The notes beneath the pieces are model-generated. The model searched no databases, had not been told where the DNA came from, and saw only the letters and a program-made list of their open reading frames with translations. A program made the translations under genes and the position numbers. 64,000 nucleotides of DNA from an uncultured Campylobacter sp. (lineage in GTDB: Bacteria > Campylobacterota > Campylobacteria > Campylobacterales > Campylobacteraceae). The stretch covers positions 15,200 through 79,199 of the forward strand of contig CALKQT010000034.1 of the NCBI GenBank assembly GCA_937990735.1. The letters are read 5' to 3'. Of this stretch, positions 57,079 to 64,000 are shown piece by piece; within the stretch, counting starts at the first letter, position 1; every line of letters starts with the position of its first letter.

Positions 57079-58272
57079 TTACTTTGTCGCGCCTAAATTT
57101 TTGCCGTCCGTCGCGTTAGAATCGCTTGCAGCGCCGTGATTTTCGCTGCTTGCAGAATCTGAGTTTGTCGCACCGCTAGAGCCTGTAGAGATTGGATTTG
57201 CTGCACTTTCGCCCGCGATACCGCTTACGTTATTTATGTAGGCTACGGTGCTTATTTTATTCCATTCTCTACCGATTTTCAAAAATGCGCGCTGGCTGTC
57301 TAGGATCTCTTTAAACATCGGATCTTTCGCCGCTTCTTCGTCTAAGATTTCATTCGTTGCTTTTTTAAGCGCGGCTATCACGTCCGCAGGGAAGTCGCGC
57401 ACCTGCACATCCGGAAACTGCGCTTTTAGCTCCGCCCAAATGCGAGCGTTTTCGTAAAAGCCCTTATTTTGGAAGTTCTCGCCAGCAAGTCTTGCTGCAG
57501 CCTCTAAGATCGCTTGAAGATCCGCAGGCAGCTTCTCTAGTGCCTTTTGATTTACCAGCAGCTGGCAGTCTCCCATAGGCTCTTGCCAGCCTGTGTAGTA
57601 GTATTTAGCCACTTTGTGAAATCCAAGTGGCATATCATAGACGGGGCTTACCCACTCGACCGCGTCGATCGTACCCATCTCTAACGCCATAAATAGCTCG
57701 CCCGTAGGCACCGTGTTTATAGTGGCACCTAGCTTGCTCATCACCTCTCCGCCTAGCCCCGGTATGCGGAATTTAAGCCCTTGCAAATCTGCGACTGAGT
57801 TGATCTCTTTTTTAAACCAACCGCCCATTTGCATGCCGGTAGATCCCATCAAAAAGGTCTTCATGCCGTATTGCGCGAACATCTTATCATTAAGCTCTCG
57901 CCCACCACCATAGTAATACCACGCGTGCTGCTCATCAGTAGTCATACCGAAAGGCACTGCCGTCCAGAGCATAGTTTTGGCGTCTTTGCCTTTATAATAA
58001 TAAAGCGAAGTATATCCTAGATCGTATTGCCCGCTTTTGACGAAGTCGAATACGCCAAAGCTTGCCTTGTGCTTGCTCGGCGTATCGATGCGGATCTGAA
58101 GCCTACCACCGCTAAGGCTTTCGGCATAGTTTTTAAAATCCTCGGCGGCAGCGCCCAAAACGGGCGTAGTCGCCTCCCACGTACTAGCAAGTCTTAGGCG
58201 ATAGACCTTATCGTCGCCGAAAAGCTGCGAGCCCAAAAGCATGAGACATGCAAACAAAAAAATCTTTTTCAT
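57079..58272 (-). CDS. TRAP transporter substrate-binding protein (DctP family) with a low-complexity C-terminal tail. No dctQM genes adjacent
   Basis: Signal peptide MKKIFLFACLMLLGSQLFG (start cat at 58270..58272). DctP-like core (W....P......A..F...V...SGG.L.I, LKFRIPGLGGEV, TG.E.P). Confidence 0.8.
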   Translation of the reverse strand: MKKIFLFACLMLLGSQLFGDDKVYRLRLASTWEATTPVLGAAAEDFKNYAESLSGGRLQIRIDTPSKHKASFGVFDFVKSGQYDLGYTSLYYYKGKDAKTMLWTAVPFGMTTDEQHAWYYYGGGRELNDKMFAQYGMKTFLMGSTGMQMGGWFKKEINSVADLQGLKFRIPGLGGEVMSKLGATINTVPTGELFMALEMGTIDAVEWVSPVYDMPLGFHKVAKYYYTGWQEPMGDCQLLVNQKALEKLPADLQAILEAAARLAGENFQNKGFYENARIWAELKAQFPDVQVRDFPADVIAALKKATNEILDEEAAKDPMFKEILDSQRAFLKIGREWNKISTVAYINNVSGIAGESAANPISTGSSGATNSDSASSENHGAASDSNATDGKNLGATK

Positions 58273-58859
58273 TTCTATCCTTTCATAAAGTTTTAAATTC
58301 ATAAAATTTCAAAATTTAGCGCGACGTCTGCTTAAAATTTAATTGCGTCCTGCGTTACTGCTACGAAATTCTGCTTCATGGTGTCTATTTTATCGACACG
58401 TTGCTTTCTATTCTATTTTACGACGCTTCATCTTATAGGCACCTTGCTTTGCAGGTGTCTTATTTCGCGATATTTTGTTTCTAAACGCCCTGCCCAAGCT
58501 TTTTATTTTACAATGCCTGGCTTTGCGACGATAGAGTGCCGCGTTCGTTTAATTTCGCTACGTTCGGATGTTACCACATCTGCACCATATCTAGCGATAA
58601 TATTTTATCAAGCGCGCTTGCTTAAAAGCTTCCGGCGCGGATCTTTTTCTCTTAGAAATGACAAAAGTATCTTAAAGTGCCATTTACGCGCTTTTGCAGA
58701 TAAAATTCTCCTTTCCTTTCAAAGCGAGCTTTGTCATTATCGGCAAGCTTAGACGCTACGCCATTTTTTGATCTTAGACGGCAGGATCGTGCTTTTAAAT
58801 TTAAAATTCCGCAATCAGCGCACTCTTTGTACCGCATCGGCAAGCGGAGAGTGCGCCTT

Positions 58860-59337
58860 TATATTTGAATTTTGCGCCTTAGTCGAGCGCAAAATTCCGC
58901 GCGGAGTTTTGATGCAAATTCCGCACGAAGCCTAGATTAGAATTTTACGCAGAGCTGCCCCGCGTTGTCTAAAATTTTTTACAAAATTCCATGCCGCAAA
59001 ATGCACTTAAAATTTTAAATTTGCTATTGCGCGGAATTTCTTAGCGTAAATTCTAAGCCTTGAAATTTTGCTCTTGTTTGACAGCATAAAATTTTAAAAT
59101 AAAATTCTGTAGCCGCCATGCCTTAAAATTTTATTTGCAAAACATACTTTTTAAATTTTAAAATTTTAAATCTAAACCCGCAAAATTCCGTATTTTGCGT
59201 TTTTGAAATTCTATTTAGTAAAATTTTATCTCGCGGATCTCTCGCTCTATAAATTTTTGCGCTAAATGAAATTATACTCCACAAGTTTGCGCTTCGTAAA
59301 ATTTTATCTCGCAAAATTTCGCTTAAAATTTCGCGAG
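58860..59337. repeat. Intergenic RAATTY-rich short-period repeat block
   Basis: ttgaattttgcgcc, gcgcaaaattccgcg, gcaaattccgc, tagaattttacgc, ctaaaattttttacaaaattccatgcc, cttaaaattttaaatttgc, gcggaatttctt, gtaaattctaagccttgaaattttgc and so on. Confidence 0.7.
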
Positions 59338-59580
59338 CTAGCCCTTATTTTCGAATAGCTCCGCGTGTTTGCCGCGCAAAAACTCAACCACGGCTATCAC
59401 CTCGTCCGCGCCGCTAGCGTCAGAGTTTGCAAGCACCGTATCGATGTTTTCGATATACAGCTGCGCCGCATCGGCGAGCCGCTCGCGCTTGATGCCCGCA
59501 TAAAGCAGCATTGCGTCAAGCAGGATGTTGATCTCGTAGATGAGGTCCTGCTCGGCGATTTTTTCGTCATTAGTTTTCAT
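59338..59580 (-). CDS. Hypothetical small acidic protein (80 aa)
   Basis: ORF overlaps the 3' end of the DHH gene by 11 nt (same strand). No motif recognised. Confidence 0.45.
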   Translation of the reverse strand: MKTNDEKIAEQDLIYEINILLDAMLLYAGIKRERLADAAQLYIENIDTVLANSDASGADEVIAVVEFLRGKHAELFENKG

Positions 59581-60622
59581 CTTCTTCCTTTGAAATTTGA
59601 GTTTTTTTCTCGATTAGATCCACGATTTGTGCCTTTACGGCTTCGTACGAACTCGCGTCCTTAAAGCCCGCAAACATCCCGCCGCTAGCGTTTACGTGCC
59701 CGCCGCCGCCAAGGAGCAGCTTTGCCATTTCGCTAACGTCGATTTTGCCGTCGGCGCGGAAGCTGAGCGTTTTTTTGCTTGTTACGTCGATGAAAAAATC
59801 GACATCGGGGTTCTGCGTCAAAAAGTCGTTGCCGATGACGCTTACGTTGCCGATATTGTAGGTCAAAATGCCCTTTTTATCGAGATATCTGATCTCAAAG
59901 CGCTGCTTTTGCGCGCTTAGGCGATCGACTACGAAGTGCGAGACGAGATTGCTTAGCGTATCGTCGCGCTTGCTTTTAAAAAATTCTTTCTTTATGCCGT
60001 GCAGCGCGTTATCTAGCGCGATGTGAGCGTCTGGCTCGTCTTGAAATTTAAAAATTTTTTCCAGCAAGAAAAAGATATAATCCCTGCTCTCCCGCTCGAA
60101 CATGATCTTATTGATCTCTTTCGCGCCCGAGACCATGCTGAGGCAGACCTTGCCGAGCTCAAACTCGCTCTGCTCTTTCAGCCAGATATCCACGGCGTTT
60201 ACGACGCGCACGAGCTTATCCAGCCGCGGCGAGCCGCCGAACATCGCGCTAAAAAAATCATAAGTGATCTTCGTGGCGCAGCGCGAAGAGTCCAAAAAAT
60301 ACCACGGGAATTTCTTCGCGCACTCAAGTCCGCTTTGATGATGATCCAGAAGGATCGCGCGGGCGTTGCGACGGGCTAGTTCGCCGCTAAATTTCTCGCA
60401 TTGCGCAGGCAGCAAATTTAGATCGGTGATCAAAACTAGGCTTTTTTCGTCCGCGTCTGCAGCGAGCCGCTCGTCAATACTAGCGAGGATGAGATCAAAT
60501 TTTTCGTTTATCTCCTTGCCGTAGTTGGCATTGAAAAATTCTACGTCCGTCAAATAGTGCGCCGCGACGAACTGCGCGCCGTAGCCGTCCAGATCGGTGT
60601 GGCTTAGGTGATATATTTTCAT
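59570..60622 (-). CDS. DHH/DHHA1 family phosphoesterase (NrnA-like)
   Basis: Motifs HTDLDGYGA, ITDLN, DHHQSG, GGGHVNASG. Confidence 0.8.
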   Translation of the reverse strand: MKIYHLSHTDLDGYGAQFVAAHYLTDVEFFNANYGKEINEKFDLILASIDERLAADADEKSLVLITDLNLLPAQCEKFSGELARRNARAILLDHHQSGLECAKKFPWYFLDSSRCATKITYDFFSAMFGGSPRLDKLVRVVNAVDIWLKEQSEFELGKVCLSMVSGAKEINKIMFERESRDYIFFLLEKIFKFQDEPDAHIALDNALHGIKKEFFKSKRDDTLSNLVSHFVVDRLSAQKQRFEIRYLDKKGILTYNIGNVSVIGNDFLTQNPDVDFFIDVTSKKTLSFRADGKIDVSEMAKLLLGGGGHVNASGGMFAGFKDASSYEAVKAQIVDLIEKKTQISKEEDEN

Positions 60623-61032
60623 TTGCGCTCTTTGCCGATGATATCTGCTAGCGTGATCGTATCCATATACTCATCGACTTTCTCTTGAAGCTCGCCAAAC
60701 ATTAGATTGATGCGGCACAGCGTACGACCGTTCGGGCAGGCGTCGATCCCCTCGGCGGTGCAGTCAAATACCGTCGCCTTGCGTCTTTCGGCGCTTTTGA
60801 TGATCTCGCTTAGCGTGATCTCGTCCGCATTGCGCGCGAGTACAAAGCCGCCTTTGGCGCCTTTGAAGGAATTTAAAAGTCTCGCGCGAGCTAAATTTTG
60901 TAAAATTTTAGCCAAAAAGCTGCGTGAAATTCCAAGCTCGCTAGAGATCGAATCGACATCCATCGATTCCTCCTTGCCCGCGATGCAGATCATTGAAAGC
61001 AGGGCGTATTCGCTTGCTTTTGTAAAAAGCAT
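60619..61032 (-). CDS. Rrf2 family transcriptional regulator (three-Cys, possible Fe-S type)
   Basis: N-terminal wHTH: ASEYALLSMICIAG......SELGISRSFLAKILQNLARARLLNSFKGAKGGFVLA. Cys triad C-x8-C-x7-C (CTAEGIDACPNGRTLC). ATGA-type overlap with the DHH gene. Confidence 0.85.
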   Translation of the reverse strand: MLFTKASEYALLSMICIAGKEESMDVDSISSELGISRSFLAKILQNLARARLLNSFKGAKGGFVLARNADEITLSEIIKSAERRKATVFDCTAEGIDACPNGRTLCRINLMFGELQEKVDEYMDTITLADIIGKERK

Positions 61033-61136
61033 TTATTTTCTCCTTTGGTGTCAAAGCGTGCATTTTACACAAAGAAAGCAAAAATTTAGGTTAATTAAGT
61101 ATAATCGCCTCCTATTTTACCGATCAGGAGGTCATC

Positions 61137-61409
61137 ATGGCTTTAGACACGGCTCAAAAAGCACAGATAGTTGCGAAATTCGCTAGAAGAGAGAAAGATA
61201 CAGGTTCTGCGGAGGTGCAAATCGCGCTTCTTACTGAGAGGATCACGCTTCTTACCGCTCATTTGCAAGCAAATCCGAAAGATTTTTCATCTCGCTTAGG
61301 ACTGCTAAAGCTAGTAGGTCAGCGCAAAAGAATGATGAAATATCTTAAAAACAAAGACTACTCGGTTTACTCCAAGCTCGTTAGCGAGTTAAATTTAAGA
61401 GATAAATAA
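61137..61409 (+). CDS. rpsO: 30S ribosomal protein S15
   Basis: MALDTAQKAQIV..F.R...DTGS.EVQIALLTERI..LT.HL..N.KD..SR.GLL.LVG.R...L.YL. Confidence 0.95.
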   Translation: MALDTAQKAQIVAKFARREKDTGSAEVQIALLTERITLLTAHLQANPKDFSSRLGLLKLVGQRKRMMKYLKNKDYSVYSKLVSELNLRDK

Positions 61410-61601
61410 GCTTCTTTGCTCGCGGCGGCATCTGTTTGTCTGCTGCGGTTTTATACACGGCGTCCGTCATACGGCGGGCGCTTTTTTTATGCCTGGAATT
61501 TCGGCTTCCGTTTCGCTTACAAAATGTTTAAATTTATTTGGAATTTTTGAAGGTTGGCCAAATTCAGTACGGATGAGTAAATTTAATTTTAAAGGATTTT
61601 T

Positions 61602-62207
61602 GTGAACTATTTCCACGGTATCGCGATTGATGTGAAAAAAGATCCCGAATTTCACACAGAAAGCCCTGCGGATGCGAGTATTTCGAATGGCGCAGCTTGT
61701 GCGGTAGTATGGAAATTCCGGCTAAAAGGGCAGGGCGCGGATCTTTTTAAAATAGAAACGGACGATAGTTTTTATATTTTTGCAGGCGATGAAGTCGCCG
61801 GTTATGCTCCGGGCGGCGATGATGACAAAGAGGCGGGCTGCTTGAAAAATATCTCAAAAGGCGTAGATACCTTAGGCACTTATCGTTTGTCCGAGCCCAT
61901 TTTGCCGGCCGGGAGACGCGGAGTGGGCTATATTGCGACCGACATAATAGTCTGCGCCGTATTTTGTATCACCGGAAATTTCTTTATCGGCGGCTATATA
62001 TGGGGACTTTTAGCTTTTGCTTTGTTCGCGATTTGGAATGATTTTTTTGAACGTAGCGATTTCCAAAAAGCTATGAAAAAATACGAAGCAGATAGAGCTA
62101 AAAAGATCGAATACGACGAGTTTATAGCAAGCTTTGAAAGACGCGTCGCAAGTGAGAAGATCGACGAAAATACCGGATTGATCACTAAAACAGAACCGAA
62201 TAAATAA
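61602..62207 (+). CDS. Hypothetical membrane protein
   Basis: 201-aa ORF, GTG start. Two central TM helices (IIVCAVFCITGNFFIGGYIWGLLAFALFAIW) and a charged C-terminal tail. Confidence 0.5.
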   Translation: MNYFHGIAIDVKKDPEFHTESPADASISNGAACAVVWKFRLKGQGADLFKIETDDSFYIFAGDEVAGYAPGGDDDKEAGCLKNISKGVDTLGTYRLSEPILPAGRRGVGYIATDIIVCAVFCITGNFFIGGYIWGLLAFALFAIWNDFFERSDFQKAMKKYEADRAKKIEYDEFIASFERRVASEKIDENTGLITKTEPNK

Positions 62208-62401
62208 CGCAAAATTAAGAATTTTATCCTTTCTAAATGTGCCACTGCGCTCGTTATGGCGTATTTAATCGATGAAAATAGCTTTAGTGCAGCAAAATTT
62301 TATATTGCAAGGCGATATTTGCTTTGCAAATTTTCAAAAATGCTCGCCGTTAAAATTTAAAACTTAAATCTTTTTTGCAAAATACGCGTTGCATCTACTC
62401 G

Positions 62402-63106
62402 TTATTTAAACGCCGCAAAACTCATAAAATTCGCCCATTTAAAAATACTCTCGACGCGCTTAAAGCCCGCGCTTAGCGCCAAGGCGCGGTTTTCCGCCTC
62501 AGTGTAGGGCACAAGCACGTTTTCAAGCGCCTCGCGTTTTTGCGCGATTTCGTAGCGCGAGTAGCCCTGCGCGCGCTTGTAATCCTCGTAAATTTCGATC
62601 ATCTGACGCGCGAGCGCAGGCTCTTCGTAGATGATCTTTTCGCTAAAGATCAAAACCCCGCCCTCGCGCAATCCGTCGTAAATTTTACTCACGAGCGCGG
62701 CGCGGCGCGGCGGCCTGATGAACTGCAGAGTGTAGTTTAAAATCACGGCGTCGCAGTCCGCGAGGTTCGCATCCAGCACATCCGATACGCTAAGCTCGAG
62801 CTTAGCGCCGAACGCTGCCGCCTTGGCGCGGGCGTTTTGTATCATCGCCTCCGAGCTGTCGATGCCGCACAGCCGCAGATCGGGGCGCAGCGCAAACAGC
62901 GCCAGTAGCGCGGTCGCAGTCGAGCAGCCAAGATCGATCACGCGCGCCTTTTGCGGCAGTATCCGCGCCAAAAGCTCGCTGCTAAGCCGCGTGCTTGCCT
63001 CATAAAACGGCACGCTGCGCCCGATCATATCATCAAAAACCGACGCGACGCTGGCGTCAAACTCAAACTGTTTTTTGATAGGCTCTTTAAAAATTTCGTC
63101 TTTCAT
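62402..63106 (-). CDS. cmoA: Carboxy-S-adenosyl-L-methionine synthase (tRNA cmo5U pathway)
   Basis: F.FD..VA.VF.DMI.RSVP.Y and SAM motif I VIDLGCSTA. Start at MKDEIF (cat at 63104..63106), preceded by AAAAGGAAACGG. Confidence 0.85.
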   Translation of the reverse strand: MKDEIFKEPIKKQFEFDASVASVFDDMIGRSVPFYEASTRLSSELLARILPQKARVIDLGCSTATALLALFALRPDLRLCGIDSSEAMIQNARAKAAAFGAKLELSVSDVLDANLADCDAVILNYTLQFIRPPRRAALVSKIYDGLREGGVLIFSEKIIYEEPALARQMIEIYEDYKRAQGYSRYEIAQKREALENVLVPYTEAENRALALSAGFKRVESIFKWANFMSFAAFK

Positions 63107-64000
63107 CCGTTTCCTTTTTAGTTTCGCTATTCGCACAGCACTCGATTTATACTTCCTACGCATGCTAAACGCAGAATTCTCACGCCGTGCTTTCTGCACT
63201 TACGCGACACTCTATTTGCGACTGCTACGCATGGAATTTTTGCGCTTAGTTTGCCCCGCGCGAAGCATGCCTAAATTTTAAACGCAGCATGAGCACTTTT
63301 GATGCAAGCGAGCTGTATCCAAGTTTGCGCCCAACTTCTAGCCCGGACACGCTCGATGCATGATTAAATTTCACGTCTTGCTTGACAGACCCTAAAATTC
63401 CGCGCCGCGCGAATACATCCTTAAAATTTTGCGCTGTATTTAGCGGGCTTTAGAATTTCGCAGTGTTAAATTTTACGCCGTCAAATCTAGCACTGCCAAA
63501 ACAGCTCCTTTAAATTCTTTAATTACGAACTTAAACTAAAAGCATAGTCAAAGTTTTATTAGTAGAATTTCGCGCCCATTTTGCGATTTTATGCGCCGCA
63601 AAAATAGAGGCGCTTGGTAAAATTTACGTTTGACTATGCGCATAATTTAGCCGCTTGGCTCTTGCTCGGCAGCTTATCCCTGCTAAATTTTAAAGCTTCG
63701 CAGCGCAACTAAGATTTTTTATCGCCCTTAATTTTTGGCGCGGCTTGCACTTGCCTTGTTTTGCATGAGCTGAAGCTCAAGGTGCGTTAAAGTCCTGCAG
63801 GCGGTACGTCGTTAAAATTTAACGACTTTTTAGCAGCTTGCGCGCCGCTTTTGTGTACACTTCCCATATGGCATCGCAGACGCAGGCGGTGCACCAAGTA
63901 TTCTCAATGACAACGGGCGCATGACTTTTATACGGGACGACGCAAATGGCTCATTTAATGCGCTATAGATGCGAAGCGCAGACGGATGCATCAAATCAAG

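Noticed and set aside
58378-58752. 124-aa plus-strand ORF upstream of the TRAP SBP gene
   Set aside because: Its Cys/Phe/Arg/Leu-rich composition comes from the T/G-rich degenerate repeat field, and it has no RBS. It looks noncoding.
61410-61500. Rho-independent terminator after rpsO (…acggcgtccgtcatacggcgggcgcttttttta)
   Set aside because: A T-run is present, but I could only pair a 4-bp stem (ccgt/acgg). That is too weak to call by eye.

Overview
This window looks like a chromosomal segment of a non-jejuni Campylobacter, possibly the C. rectus/showae/gracilis/curvus group. That assignment is inferred from protein signatures and from the C. jejuni-like gene order tsf, ABC ATPase, highly acidic protein, gmk, tatA, argS, and glcD, exported protein, M23 peptidase, mgtE. 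Most of the window is housekeeping: tsf, gmk, tatA, argS, proC, ilvC, dprA, ruvX, mgtE, argD, rsmD, ridA, rpsO and cmoA. At 43.0-56.2 kb there is a complete formate hydrogenlyase module. It consists of focA-hycI-hycH-hyfIHGFECBA on the minus strand, divergent from a selenocysteine (in-frame TGA plus SECIS hairpin) formate dehydrogenase H gene. A Crp/Fnr-family regulator sits beside it. I found no rRNA, tRNA, CRISPR array, transposase, integrase or phage gene. The most unusual signal is at DNA level. A short-period (about 18-21 bp) degenerate repeat built around an AATT (mostly RAATTY) core fills many of the longer intergenic regions. The same repeat also sits in frame inside conserved enzymes (ProC, ArgS, RsmD, and a YibQ-like deacetylase, a DUF185 methyltransferase and a TRAP binding-protein tail), where AATT is always read as Asn (AAT) plus a T-initial codon. 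In proC the AATT cores occur nine times at exactly 21-bp spacing. Other observations: about 90-bp direct repeats bracketing a Sel1-repeat gene, a 0.7-kb degenerate repeat field at 34 kb, and a seven-copy iteron-like array at 38.1 kb. Three accessory genes are frameshifted (DUF3137-like, Sel1-repeat, SUKH/SMI1-like), and there are two small islets of orphan, immunity-like proteins. All calls rest on reading the sequence and the supplied ORF track. No database search or statistics were run.
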